Shown in pieces: positions 1 through 10,083 of a stretch of 64,000 bases of DNA. The DNA is from a bacterium. Lineage in GTDB: Bacteria > SAR324 > JACQKK01. The DNA lies in the NCBI GenBank assembly GCA_965240465.1, contig OZ251219.1:960001-1024000 (forward strand). The letters run 5' to 3'. Below the pieces are notes generated by a model that did not search any database, was not told the DNA's origin, and saw nothing but the letters and a program-made list of their open reading frames with translations. Within the stretch, counting starts at the first letter, position 1. The number at the start of each line of letters is the position of its first letter. The translations under genes were made by a program, and so were the position numbers.

Positions 1-1395
1 ATAAGTGGCAGTGGGAAGAGTAGTTTATTGTGGCAGCTACAGGGATTATTGGCTAGTGGTGGGGGTAGGGTTTGGGGTCGTGAGGACAGGTGGGGTGAGT
101 GTCGCTTATGGGAATGGTGGGGAGCAAAAAGATGGGCTAGGCATTGTGGCTTATTGTTTCAAGAGGTCCGCCCGCAATTGTTACGCAGTCGGGTATCAGA
201 AGAGGTGGGTTTGGCAGCTCATTTGGGGGGATTTAGGGGTCGGCGGTGGGAGTGGGCGGTACGGGGGAGCTTGCTCCGATTTGGGCTAGCCAGTTTGTCA
301 CAACGGCGAGTGGGCGATTTGAGCGGAGGTGAAATGCAGAGGTTAGCCTTGGCAGCTTTGTGGGTAGGACGGCATCGGGTATTATTATTGGACGAGCCGT
401 TTTCGCATCAGGATGGTTATTGGCGTAGGCGGTTGGCAGCCGAGATTAAGCATCAAGTGAAGCGAGGATTGGGGGTATTGGTGGCTGAGCATCGGCGGCG
501 GGTTTTGGGTGCTGGGGTGCGATGGATGCATTTATCAGGCGGAGTACTGGGTGAAGGGGAGTTTGCGGTAGATAATAATCAGGCAGTGAGGCGGGTAGGG
601 AATAAGGAGGGCAAGCGGAAATTTATTCGGTCTAGCGGTAGGGATGGACTGAGGATTGATGATTTATGTTTTGGGCATGATGGTGGTCAGCGTTGGGGGC
701 CTTTGAATGCTACCTTAGCGGAGGGAATGATGGTAGGGCTGGCGGGTGCCAATGGCTCGGGAAAGAGTAGTTTGCTAGAAGTATGTTTGGGGTTGCGAGG
801 TCTATTGCGGGGGAGTGTGTACTTGGGGGGGAATGATGTTAGTAGGATGTCAGTGAGGTATCGGGCGAGGGTATTGGGCTGGTTGCCACAGGATACTGAT
901 TTAGCCCTGGGCGAATTAACGGGTCGCTTGGAATTGCAGCGGGTACTGAGATTGGGAAAATGGCAGCTTGGGGGTCGGACGGGTATCAAGCACAGGGTGG
1001 ATGAGTGCTTGGAACGCTTGGATTTGAAAAATGTGGCGGACAAGCCGTTATTGTTATTGAGTGCGGGGGAGCGTCGTCGTTTGGCACTGGCGGCTGCTAT
1101 GGTGCATGGGCCGCGGGTATTGCTCTTGGATGAACCACTGGCAGGAGCTAGCTTGAGTGAAGCAAATAATTTACTGGACTGCTTACGTCAGGCGGTCAGG
1201 GAAGGATGGGTGGGCTGTGTTCTACTGGCTACTCATGATAAAGACTTGTTGCAACCACAAATTGATGGCTGGTGGGTACTTTGGAATCGTACTGGACGCC
1301 TCAATAAAAAATTGGCTACCACCCATCAGCACAAGAACATGGTCTGCGGTCGGCTGCGAGTAGTGAATCTAAACACAGGAGAGAACAGAGTATGA
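1..1395 (+). CDS. ECF-type ABC transporter ATPase with two nucleotide-binding domains (5' truncated by window edge)
   Basis: Frame is open from base 1 (ISGSGKSS, Walker A). Signature LSGGEMQR and Walker B LLLDEP; second domain GANGSGKSS, LSAGERRR, LLLDEP. Overlaps an EcfT-like gene. Confidence 0.8.
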   Translation: MSGSGKSSLLWQLQGLLASGGGRVWGREDRWGECRLWEWWGAKRWARHCGLLFQEVRPQLLRSRVSEEVGLAAHLGGFRGRRWEWAVRGSLLRFGLASLSQRRVGDLSGGEMQRLALAALWVGRHRVLLLDEPFSHQDGYWRRRLAAEIKHQVKRGLGVLVAEHRRRVLGAGVRWMHLSGGVLGEGEFAVDNNQAVRRVGNKEGKRKFIRSSGRDGLRIDDLCFGHDGGQRWGPLNATLAEGMMVGLAGANGSGKSSLLEVCLGLRGLLRGSVYLGGNDVSRMSVRYRARVLGWLPQDTDLALGELTGRLELQRVLRLGKWQLGGRTGIKHRVDECLERLDLKNVADKPLLLLSAGERRRLALAAAMVHGPRVLLLDEPLAGASLSEANNLLDCLRQAVREGWVGCVLLATHDKDLLQPQIDGWWVLWNRTGRLNKKLATTHQHKNMVCGRLRVVNLNTGENRV

Positions 1396-2234
1396 GTACC
1401 ACTAGCACTGACACGGTAACCACGGGATTTCCTCCTCAGGGGGCCTTGGTATGGATGATGTTAGCTTCTGTGTGGGTACTGTTGGTGACTAATTGGGGCT
1501 GGTTGTTGGGAGTGTTGGGGTTATCTTTTTTGTGGGGTTGGTTGCGAGCGTCTATCAAGCAACGTTGGTGGCTGGCAGGGGCTTGTCTTTTAACCACTTG
1601 GAGTTTTGTACTTTCTCAAGGATTGTTTTATCGGGCGGAAGAACTTTCACCGCTATTAGAGCTGCCTTGGCTGGGTGAGGCACAATTGGTGCTATCACAA
1701 GAGGGGGTAGGACACGGTCTTAAGCAGTCGCTCCGCTGGAATGCCCTTTTGCTGCTGGCTGCAGGACTATTGGTACGTTATCATCCTGATAGCCTAGCCA
1801 CAGGATTCCAACAATTGGGACTACCTACCCAAGTAGCTTTCTTATTCTCACTCGCATTGCAATACTTGCCCTGGATAGCCGCAGATACTCTGGCAGTCCT
1901 ACGCATCGCCCGCCTGAGAGGTTGTCAACGCTGGCAGTGGATTGTCATCATGCCCTCTCTCATTCGTTCCCTGATGGCAGCCAATATGAGAAGAGCTGAT
2001 ACCATCACCCTCGCCATGCTCGCCAAAGGACTAACCTCCTTCTCACTCCCTAATTCATGCTCCCCAACTTCTTCCAAACTCTCAGCAACACACAAAATAC
2101 TCCTCTGCAGTACCTCAATACTGGTCACATCCGTAATCGCACTCCGAATGCTACAAACCCTGCTGGAAAGAAAATATCTCAACCCGTCTGAAACCCTCTC
2201 ACTCATTACCTCCTGGCTTGATAAATGGCTCTAA
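1392..2234 (+). CDS. ECF transporter transmembrane component T (EcfT/CbiQ family)
   Basis: Several hydrophobic segments. ARLRG and AMLAKG resemble the X-Arg-Gly motifs of EcfT. Coupled to the ECF ATPase. Confidence 0.75.
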   Translation: MSTTSTDTVTTGFPPQGALVWMMLASVWVLLVTNWGWLLGVLGLSFLWGWLRASIKQRWWLAGACLLTTWSFVLSQGLFYRAEELSPLLELPWLGEAQLVLSQEGVGHGLKQSLRWNALLLLAAGLLVRYHPDSLATGFQQLGLPTQVAFLFSLALQYLPWIAADTLAVLRIARLRGCQRWQWIVIMPSLIRSLMAANMRRADTITLAMLAKGLTSFSLPNSCSPTSSKLSATHKILLCSTSILVTSVIALRMLQTLLERKYLNPSETLSLITSWLDKWL

Positions 2235-2248
2235 TCCCAACCTTAAAA

Positions 2249-3061
2249 TCAATTTGATGTTCCAGATCCGTGGGTATTTATTGACCGTGCAAATTCATCT
2301 ATCATTGGTCTCAGGGTTTTACCTACTCGCTCAAAGCAATCCAGCACTTCTTTGTAGACGGGCTGCTCTAAAGCAAGAAAATTCCAAAAATCTTCTCCCA
2401 CTAATAATTGCTCGTCGCTAAACATGCTCTTTGTAGTCCATCTTTTATAGGGGTCAGGATGGTAAGGATTGTAAGGGATCGCTAAACCAGAAAATGTTTT
2501 TGGCTGCTTTAAGGAAGATGATCCAGCATAATAGCTGGCAATCCACTTTAACGTGTTATGCTTAAGTTTCTCAAATTGATCTATGCTAGGCTTGGCGGTC
2601 TTGATATCCAAAAAATAGGTCTTGTTGTTTCTGTCAACTAGAAATAAATCCACTTTTCTAAGTTTTTTTTTAATTTGAGCTCCTTTATTTCTATTTTTCC
2701 ATAAAGCTTGACATTCTCTTTCTAAATCAGGTTCTTCTTTCTGTTTTTCTAAGTTATTCATAATAACAGTGATTGTTTCCTCGGATTCTTTGCGGATTAC
2801 GGGAGACAGTGTGTGAGAGCATTCAACTCGTTTAAAAAAGGGAAGAGCCACTTGCTTGGCAATTTGTTCAAAAATAGACGTTCCCATCATGGTGTTAACA
2901 GAGTGAATAAATGAAAATAACTTCATACTGTCTTTTCCTATGATGCGATGATGGAATGGCATAATTTTGGTTTCTGGATTGTAATTTTTCAGTTTTTTTT
3001 CTACTGCCTGAATAATGATCTCTTCTATTTTATTCTGTTGCGATTTTACTAGGATGGTCAT
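2249..3061 (-). CDS. Type II restriction endonuclease, TdeIII/MjaII-like family
   Basis: PETKIMPFHHRIIG...FSFIHSVNTMMGTSIFEQIA, a PD-(D/E)xK core (VDLFL...LDIKTAKP) and IPYNPY. Directly downstream of a methyltransferase. Probable ATG at 3061; the ORF track extends to 3127. Confidence 0.8.
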   Translation of the reverse strand: MTILVKSQQNKIEEIIIQAVEKKLKNYNPETKIMPFHHRIIGKDSMKLFSFIHSVNTMMGTSIFEQIAKQVALPFFKRVECSHTLSPVIRKESEETITVIMNNLEKQKEEPDLERECQALWKNRNKGAQIKKKLRKVDLFLVDRNNKTYFLDIKTAKPSIDQFEKLKHNTLKWIASYYAGSSSLKQPKTFSGLAIPYNPYHPDPYKRWTTKSMFSDEQLLVGEDFWNFLALEQPVYKEVLDCFERVGKTLRPMIDEFARSINTHGSGTSN

Positions 3062-3068
3062 CTTTTTA

Positions 3069-4679
3069 TTATTCCGATTGGAGGTGAAAGATGGTCTCGC
3101 TGTAAGCAGATTTATCTCCTTCGGCACGATTCAAAACTGGTCGCTGGTATCGGTTAACGATGTGCATTCTAGCCCGTTCGGCGATGGATGGATATAGCTG
3201 ATAATAATCATTGGCGACTAAGAATACGTGGTGATTTTTTATCATGAAGCGTTTGCAATTTTGTAACACCTTGGCGATGTCCTCCACGTATTTTTCTCGG
3301 GCTTGGCGTGAGCGACCGCCGCTCATGGGCCCGATTTCATCTTTATCACGACGAGAAAAGCCAAACATTTCATAAGCGTAGGCATGCTGCTGGTGATAAT
3401 CAATCATGCCTACATATGGAGGTGAAGAAAATATTCCCTTGATGGGCTTTGATGAGAGTTTGCTTTTTGATAGGCATTCTATCACATTGATGTTGCGTGA
3501 ATCGCCAACAAAGCATTTTTGTATGGTATCGGTACGCAGGCGGGAAAAAGTTTCTAAGCGTTTAATGGTGTCTTCAGCATAGCGATTCCACCATCTATTG
3601 ATGGAAAACAAAGGGTGGCACAACTTGCCATGCTTGCGACAATAGTAAGGCTTGGTGACTGGTTTATTCAAGGTGGCTAGGTCACGGTGGGTGGTTGCTC
3701 TACAAGAACGCAGTGTCCGACTCAAGATTAGCCTTAGCATGTCTCTTATACTAGTGGTGGAGTTGTGGTTAATTTCCTGTATGGCTACCTTTATTTGCTT
3801 TCTGACGCTGGGCAAGCACCAGATATCCAAGAATGATTCACTAGCAGGTGCATAGGGGGGGATGAGGTGTTTTTTCTTGAGGGCATCAAAGCGGGGAAGT
3901 AATTTTTCTAGCTGCTCACTTGAGTATTCAAGGTCTCGGAAAGATCTGTCAGCAAGTTTCTTGCGAAATTGTGGAGAAGGAAAGCATTTTTCATTAACAG
4001 CACTCATCATTTCTGAAAGCTCGGCCTCAAATGCAATGGGAGTCAAGGGAGCAATCACTCGGGCAACCCTAGCCGCCTCTCGCTGTAACTGCGAACCAGA
4101 AATTTCTGTTAGTTTTAGGTTAGCGATCAAGGCATTGAACTCAGAAATTTCTACTCCTAATGCATGCAAACCTATCTCGTTGGCAGCTACCAGAGTAGTG
4201 CCGCTACCGCAAAAAGGATCAAGCACTAAATCGCCACGCCGAAATACAGCCTCTTTCTTGGTATCATCGGTATGCTCATCAAGAAAATATTCTACCAGTT
4301 GAGGAATGAATTTTCCCTTGTATGGATGCAGACGATGCACATGCTTTGTGGTTTGTGTCTCCTTGTATTGAGAAAAAGACAGGGGCTGCAGGGGAAAACT
4401 TTCTTTTCTGGCATAGTAAGCAGATAATTGGTCGGTACGCACAAGCACTCTTTTCTGCTGTTCTATTTTATCTATCAAGCCGTAGGAAATTAGGTAGCTA
4501 ATGTTGGAAGAAGTAATGTCCTTGTCTAAGAGTTTGCTAGCCCATTGACTAGCTTGCTGGATGGTCAGCGTTTGTTCAGCTTGTGACAAGGGTTTTGGTG
4601 ACCCCGCATGGTCTGAATCCAATCCCCTTTTAGAAATAGTATCTTCTACATTTGCTATATCTTGAGGAACCATTTTCAT
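3069..4679 (-). CDS. Amino-DNA methyltransferase (probably N4-cytosine) with N-terminal HTH-like region
   Basis: HRLHPYKGKFIPQLV, SAM-binding motif DPFCGSGTT and catalytic SPPY. Paired with the endonuclease. Confidence 0.85.
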   Translation of the reverse strand: MKMVPQDIANVEDTISKRGLDSDHAGSPKPLSQAEQTLTIQQASQWASKLLDKDITSSNISYLISYGLIDKIEQQKRVLVRTDQLSAYYARKESFPLQPLSFSQYKETQTTKHVHRLHPYKGKFIPQLVEYFLDEHTDDTKKEAVFRRGDLVLDPFCGSGTTLVAANEIGLHALGVEISEFNALIANLKLTEISGSQLQREAARVARVIAPLTPIAFEAELSEMMSAVNEKCFPSPQFRKKLADRSFRDLEYSSEQLEKLLPRFDALKKKHLIPPYAPASESFLDIWCLPSVRKQIKVAIQEINHNSTTSIRDMLRLILSRTLRSCRATTHRDLATLNKPVTKPYYCRKHGKLCHPLFSINRWWNRYAEDTIKRLETFSRLRTDTIQKCFVGDSRNINVIECLSKSKLSSKPIKGIFSSPPYVGMIDYHQQHAYAYEMFGFSRRDKDEIGPMSGGRSRQAREKYVEDIAKVLQNCKRFMIKNHHVFLVANDYYQLYPSIAERARMHIVNRYQRPVLNRAEGDKSAYSETIFHLQSE

Positions 4680-4828
4680 TACAAAAGCCTCCTTGCTTTA
4701 AGAAAAAGTGTTTGCTAAACATCAAACAGTCGCTACGTTTTTCTATCTGCTTATAGCTGTGAGCGTCAATCTTATTAAGCATGCTTTTAAGCTAGGGTAC
4801 TCTTCATTAAAGCAAATTGGTAAGGCTA

Positions 4829-5776
4829 ATGACAGACAAACGTCAACTGGGGCAATTCTTTACCAAGGGAAACCCGTTTGAACTCAAACCATTTATCGCG
4901 TGGGCTAAAACTGCGGGCTTGCAAAAGGCTACGATACTAGAACCATTTGCAGGTGCTAATCACATCATAAAATCGCTTATAAGGACAGAGCAATGCAGAG
5001 AGTTTGCATCCTACGATGTAGCCCCCAAAGATAAAGGCGTTAAACGCAAAGATACCATAAAGCACTTCCCCAAAGGCTATAACGTGTGCATAACAAACCC
5101 GCCCTGGTTAGCCCGTAATTCAGCCACACGGCGAGGACTTGATTATCCTAATACCGAATATGATGATCTGTATAAGCACTGCTTAAAACTATGCCTTGAT
5201 AACTGCAAGTATGTAGCCGCACTTATCCCTGCTAGCTATTTGCAAAGCAGGCTATTCAGGGAGAGACTGCAAAGCTATATCTTACTGCACGATACCATCT
5301 TTGATGATACCGAAAACCCTGTCTGCCTAGCACTCTTTACTGAGGAACCTTGCAACACAACCGCAATATATTATGACAATAACTACATAGATAATCTGGC
5401 AGAATTGGCAAGCTATATGCCGAACAAGTTGGAAATCCATATTCCAGAAAAGTGTGGAAGCAATGCGTTGAGATTTAATGACCCGCACGGCGAACTAGGA
5501 TTCATATCATTTGACAACACCAAGCAGCCATCAATTCGTTTCTGTGAGGTAGAGGAGATAGCCGAATACGCCATTAAAGGCACATCGCGTTTTATTACTC
5601 GTATTGGTGGGGAATTTTCCAACCTACCGAAAACAATAAAACTGCTTAACAAAAAACTTAACGAATTCAGAAAAGATACACACGATATATTTCTCACCCC
5701 ATTCAAAGGACTTCGCCAAGACGGACAGTACCGTCGGCGAATGGAATATACTCTGGCACGGAGGCTTATCAATTAA
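4829..5776 (+). CDS. Putative orphan DNA adenine methyltransferase
   Basis: LGQFFT (motif X), ILEPFAG (motif I) and ITNPPW (motif IV) in gamma-class order. ATG at 4829. Confidence 0.7.
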   Translation: MTDKRQLGQFFTKGNPFELKPFIAWAKTAGLQKATILEPFAGANHIIKSLIRTEQCREFASYDVAPKDKGVKRKDTIKHFPKGYNVCITNPPWLARNSATRRGLDYPNTEYDDLYKHCLKLCLDNCKYVAALIPASYLQSRLFRERLQSYILLHDTIFDDTENPVCLALFTEEPCNTTAIYYDNNYIDNLAELASYMPNKLEIHIPEKCGSNALRFNDPHGELGFISFDNTKQPSIRFCEVEEIAEYAIKGTSRFITRIGGEFSNLPKTIKLLNKKLNEFRKDTHDIFLTPFKGLRQDGQYRRRMEYTLARRLIN

Positions 5777-5813
5777 ATACCTAGGAAAATATCAGAAAGT
5801 ATACCGTGCCAAC

Positions 5814-6377
5814 ATGGATCACACCGCAGAAAATGCCAAGCAGGGCAAACTAGATACAGTTATTAAAACAAGCCTTGTTGCAGCTTTGCTGACGTATTTT
5901 GCTTTAGCGGGTATAAACATTCTTAAGCATCAGCCATCAAGCTCCAAGTTGCGATCTGAATTGAGGGCTGAACTCAAAGCTTCTTTGTCCTCTGCTACCG
6001 CCCCGCGACCAGTTGCTAAACCAGTTAAGCAGACCGCTCCTCAGCTGTTCCAGCCAGCACCAAGCTCTACTCCTGCCAAACCACTGGTACGCAAAAGACA
6101 GCTGGATGAAGGATTCAAGATACTAGCTGCAATAATCCCGCACTACCCGCCCGGAGCACGCTGGTGGAATAAATCTGGCTGGGTAGACCTAGAACTGCTG
6201 GTCGGTACTGATGGCAAAGTAAAGCAAATTAAACTACTGGATGAAAGTGAGTCCCTCGGTTTTGGCGAAGCAGCCCTAGCTGCTTGGAATAAGGCACGTT
6301 TTACGGCTCCCACCGTGCTAGGAAAACCAGTTCGGGTCCGCTGGCGACAGAGGGTCTATTTTCGTCATGATAAATGA
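5814..6377 (+). CDS. tonB: TonB family energy transducer
   Basis: N-terminal TM helix, Pro-rich linker, TonB C-terminal domain (YPPGAR...GWVDLELLVGTDGKV...FTAPTVLGKPV). Confidence 0.8.
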   Translation: MDHTAENAKQGKLDTVIKTSLVAALLTYFALAGINILKHQPSSSKLRSELRAELKASLSSATAPRPVAKPVKQTAPQLFQPAPSSTPAKPLVRKRQLDEGFKILAAIIPHYPPGARWWNKSGWVDLELLVGTDGKVKQIKLLDESESLGFGEAALAAWNKARFTAPTVLGKPVRVRWRQRVYFRHDK

Positions 6378-8553
6378 GCGGGAACTCTCCAACCTGCCCA
6401 GGCAAAAACAACCAGCTTGGATATCCAAAAATGCCTCGCCAAAATCTAGTGCATATAAAACAACCTGTGGAATAATCTTGGGTTGTTATCTTTGCCTGTT
6501 CTTATCCAGCGTGTGGGCACAAACAAAACAGGCTAAACCAGAAATAAATCCAACTGAAGAACTAAAGATTGAATCAGCTACTAAATCAGCAGCTAATCTA
6601 GCGGCAGATTCAGAGGTAGAATCAGCCCCAGAATCAGCCCCAGATACAGACCCCAGCCTGCCACCAGAGGTTCTAGTGGAAGCCCCGCCTCAATTGGTTC
6701 GTCCTCGGGGATCACCGCCGATCTGGGGTAGTGATTTTTATGCAGGATCGCGTAGTGTGCTGGAGGTAGACGGGGGAGAGTTATCAGACACCTTGGAGCA
6801 AGCCCCCGGGATTTTGGTAGAGCGTTCAGGAGGGGTACTTTCGCCATCTAGGTTGAGCATTCGGGGTGGTCGCTCGGGGCAAGTACTTGTGCTTTGGGAT
6901 GATGAACTTCTCAATGAGGAACAGCCTCATCCGTCCGTAGTGCTAGGAGAAGATGGAGTAGATTTGAATCGCATTCCCGCAGAGTGGGTGGACTCAGTGG
7001 AGGTAGTCCGAGGAGCCGCGGGGGCGTTATCTGGCTCAGGGATAGGAGGAGTATCGGGGTTGGTGCGATTGCGTTCTAAGCCTCGGTCGGGTTGGGGTTT
7101 CCAAACTACTAAGGGTGAAAATATGGAGGCATGGCAGCTATATGGTAGTACTGCACCCTCAGGACAACAGCTGGCAGTGGTGCTTAATTATCGCCAGAGC
7201 GATGAGGAATACATCTACTACGATGCCCGCCATGCAGCCGGTCAGCGGGGAAATCTCTGTGCTAAAAAACTGGATGGAAATTACTACTTGCGTCGTTGTC
7301 AGCAGAGACGTTTCATCCACAGCCGTTTTGATTGGTCGGCTCCTAATTGGAAACAGCGGTTTGAATGGGATGAAGAAACCCAATCAGGATTAGGAGGAAT
7401 AGCAGACCCCAAACCATATGGATTAAAGCGAGTACGCCGTTGGAAAATTGGTCATCAACAGCAAATATTAGGCTGGAACTGGAATGCTTCCCTTAACTCC
7501 CTGCAAGGAGAACGCGATGAAAATACTCAACTATCTCATCCTGATACAGAAAACCACTGGCAAAATAACAAACTACGCCTGAATACCAAACACCAGTGGC
7601 AACACTTGCCATACCAACTACTCTTGGAGGTAGGCATCAGCCAACAACAACTGCGTGATAAAAAACTAAACGCCCAACGCCAAATTCAATTCGTGCGTCT
7701 GCATACCGAATACCGCAGTCCTCGGGCAACCAGCGAATTATCTCTTAGGCACGACCAACTTGAAGATCAGCAATCCGAAATCACATCAGCTGCTCCAATA
7801 AGACCGCAACAATTATCCAGCACCAGCTGGAGAGCTGCCTCTTCGCTAAAATTTTTTTCTCACGGGGGAATAAAATTTAGTCTGGGTCAAGCTCATCAAC
7901 CACCAGCACTCTATCAACTCTATGACCCCAGCCTGTCACCCGCAGAAAGCCTAGCCAACCCTCTGCTGAAACCAGAGCATTCTTCCTCGCAAGACCTAGG
8001 CCTGTTCTTGCAGTATAATCCACACCTCTATGCCGAATGGATCGCCTTCCAACAAACCATCCGCGATAACATCATCCCCATCGCTAAAGAGGAAAACCCA
8101 ATCCAATTCCGCTTTGAAAACATCCACCAAGTACGCTCCACAGGATCCGAAACCCTACTGGGATGGAGAATCCGTCACACCTACCTAGATGCTTCACTGA
8201 CGAAACTTAAAGCCATCATCCAGAAAAATAACGCCAATGACCCTCGCTACAACGGCAACTTCGTTCCCCAACAACCACAAAAACAACTCAACTTCCGTCT
8301 GGGTAATAAACTTCCCCGCTGGCAAACCGAAATCCGTAGCCGACAAACTAGCCGTCGCTATCTAAACCCTGCCAATACCCGCTTCCTAGTACCATATCGC
8401 CTATACCACCTCCACCTGAGCTTCAAACCTACTCCCTCCTGGAAAATCTCACTCAATATCCGCAACCTCACCAACATAACCTACGCCGAAAGAGAAAACT
8501 ACCCGCCACCAGGAAGACAATGGTTCCTCAACCTCTCATTCCAAAAACCTTAA
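6367..8553 (+). CDS. TonB-dependent outer membrane receptor
   Basis: Plug motifs (LEQAPGILV, SIRGG, VDLNRIPAEWVDSVEVVRG), NPLLKPE, and C-terminal NIRNLTN...PGRQWFLNLSF. Confidence 0.85.
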   Translation: MINERELSNLPRQKQPAWISKNASPKSSAYKTTCGIILGCYLCLFLSSVWAQTKQAKPEINPTEELKIESATKSAANLAADSEVESAPESAPDTDPSLPPEVLVEAPPQLVRPRGSPPIWGSDFYAGSRSVLEVDGGELSDTLEQAPGILVERSGGVLSPSRLSIRGGRSGQVLVLWDDELLNEEQPHPSVVLGEDGVDLNRIPAEWVDSVEVVRGAAGALSGSGIGGVSGLVRLRSKPRSGWGFQTTKGENMEAWQLYGSTAPSGQQLAVVLNYRQSDEEYIYYDARHAAGQRGNLCAKKLDGNYYLRRCQQRRFIHSRFDWSAPNWKQRFEWDEETQSGLGGIADPKPYGLKRVRRWKIGHQQQILGWNWNASLNSLQGERDENTQLSHPDTENHWQNNKLRLNTKHQWQHLPYQLLLEVGISQQQLRDKKLNAQRQIQFVRLHTEYRSPRATSELSLRHDQLEDQQSEITSAAPIRPQQLSSTSWRAASSLKFFSHGGIKFSLGQAHQPPALYQLYDPSLSPAESLANPLLKPEHSSSQDLGLFLQYNPHLYAEWIAFQQTIRDNIIPIAKEENPIQFRFENIHQVRSTGSETLLGWRIRHTYLDASLTKLKAIIQKNNANDPRYNGNFVPQQPQKQLNFRLGNKLPRWQTEIRSRQTSRRYLNPANTRFLVPYRLYHLHLSFKPTPSWKISLNIRNLTNITYAERENYPPPGRQWFLNLSFQKP

Positions 8554-8583
8554 TGATAATCACTAGGGATATTCTATTCTCCT

Positions 8584-8612
8584 AAAAGGTGCCTCTAAAA
8601 GGCATCTTTTTT
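8584..8612 (+). terminator. Probable intrinsic terminator after the TonB-dependent receptor
   Basis: AAAAGGTGCCT-ctaaa-AGGCATCTTTTTT hairpin with a U tract. Confidence 0.6.
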
Positions 8613-8689
8613 GACAGGATGGAGTTTGTATGTTTGTTAAATCTGGTACCATGAAAATATTTAACCTTGATTTTTCACCTTAAAAAAAG

Positions 8690-8975
8690 ATAAGAGAGAA
8701 GAAGCTAGGAGGAAAGAAGATATGAGAGAAGAAGCTAGGAGGAAAGAAACCAGGAGGAAAGAAGGTATGAGGGAAGATATGAGGAAAGAAGATAGGAGGG
8801 AAGATATGAGGAAATCAGATAATAGAAAAGAAGATAGGAGGGGAGATATGAGTAAATCAGATAATAGAAAAGAAGATAGGAGGGGAGATATGAGTAAATC
8901 AGATAATAGAAAAGAAGATAGGAGAAAATTAAATATGAGAAAAGAAAATAGAAGAAAAGGGGAGAAAAGCAGATA
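8690..8975 (+). repeat. Purine-rich degenerate tandem repeat, including 3 copies of a 42-bp unit, upstream of efp
   Basis: GAAGATAGGAGGGRAGATATGAGKAAATCAGATAATAGAAAA at 8788, 8830 and 8872, with related shorter units on both sides. Confidence 0.9.
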
Positions 8976-9036
8976 AGAAATTATCCTGTGTCTCTGGTTG
9001 GGGTTGTTTGTCATTGATATGTAGGAAAAATAAACG

Positions 9037-9609
9037 GTGTACGGTACCTCTGATATCCGCAAGGGGTTGAAAATAGAAATAGATGGTAGTCCCTACACGG
9101 TGATTGAATTTCAGTTCGTCAAGCCGGGAAAGGGCAATGCCTTCACCCGCTGTAAAATTAAGAACATGCTCACAGGTTCAGTGTTGGATCGTACTTGGAA
9201 ATCTGGCGAAAGGCTGAAACCCGCTCAACTAACCGAACGCCGCATGCAGTTCTTGTACAAGGATGGGGAAGATTGGACTTTTATGGACCAAACCAGCTTT
9301 GAACAATATGTACTGAATGATAAAGAAGTAGGCGATGAAGCACGCTTCTTGTTGGAAAATACCGAAACAGATGTCCTACTATTCAATGAGCGTCCTATGA
9401 GCATCTCATTGCCGAATTTTGTAGAATTGGAAGTCGCCGAAACCAACCCCGGCGTACGAGGAGATACGGTTTCCGGAGGTCGCAAGCCAGCTACTTTGAG
9501 CACTGGGACTGTCATTCAAGTTCCCTTGTTTATCAACCAAGGGGAGGTGCTTAAGATAGATACCCGTAACGGAGAGTACGTAGAACGCATCAAGCAAGCT
9601 GCTAACTAG
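9037..9609 (+). CDS. efp: Elongation factor P
   Basis: FVKPGKGNAF, PGVRGDT and VPLFI motifs. Confidence 0.97.
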   Translation: MYGTSDIRKGLKIEIDGSPYTVIEFQFVKPGKGNAFTRCKIKNMLTGSVLDRTWKSGERLKPAQLTERRMQFLYKDGEDWTFMDQTSFEQYVLNDKEVGDEARFLLENTETDVLLFNERPMSISLPNFVELEVAETNPGVRGDTVSGGRKPATLSTGTVIQVPLFINQGEVLKIDTRNGEYVERIKQAAN

Positions 9610-9621
9610 TTTATCCTGCGT

Positions 9622-10083
9622 TCATGGGTGGCAGCGAAATAAAAATCCCCATTGAGGCTGAAAAACCACTAACACTACGATTATAATCATCAGTATGGTA
9701 GGAATTTCGTTCATCCAGCGAAATGCCTTCTCTGAAAGAGTGGACTGTCCATTGGTTAGCCTTTTAAGAAAGACTGCTGCCAACAAATGGATAACTAATA
9801 TGCCCATGACTGCCAAAAGTTTCAAAGCCAGCCAACTCGGTAACCAAAATTGGCAGCCCCTTATCAATACCAGCATACCTCCGCTTAACAAACTCACTAA
9901 GGCTGCTGGGGTCGCAATGATCCTCAAGAGGCGTGACTCCATCACTAAAAAACGCTCCCTGATTGCTGCATTAGCCTCGCCGCGGTGATAGACAAGGAGG
10001 CGGTAAAGATATAGCAAACCAGCCATCCAAGAAATCACTGCCACTATGTGTAACGCCTTGAGGGCTAGGTAGGTATTTAACAT
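9622..10083 (-). CDS. hemJ: Protoporphyrinogen oxidase HemJ
   Basis: KALHIVAVISWMAGLLYLYRLLVYH and FRWMNEIPT motifs. Confidence 0.9.
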   Translation of the reverse strand: MLNTYLALKALHIVAVISWMAGLLYLYRLLVYHRGEANAAIRERFLVMESRLLRIIATPAALVSLLSGGMLVLIRGCQFWLPSWLALKLLAVMGILVIHLLAAVFLKRLTNGQSTLSEKAFRWMNEIPTILMIIIVVLVVFQPQWGFLFRCHP

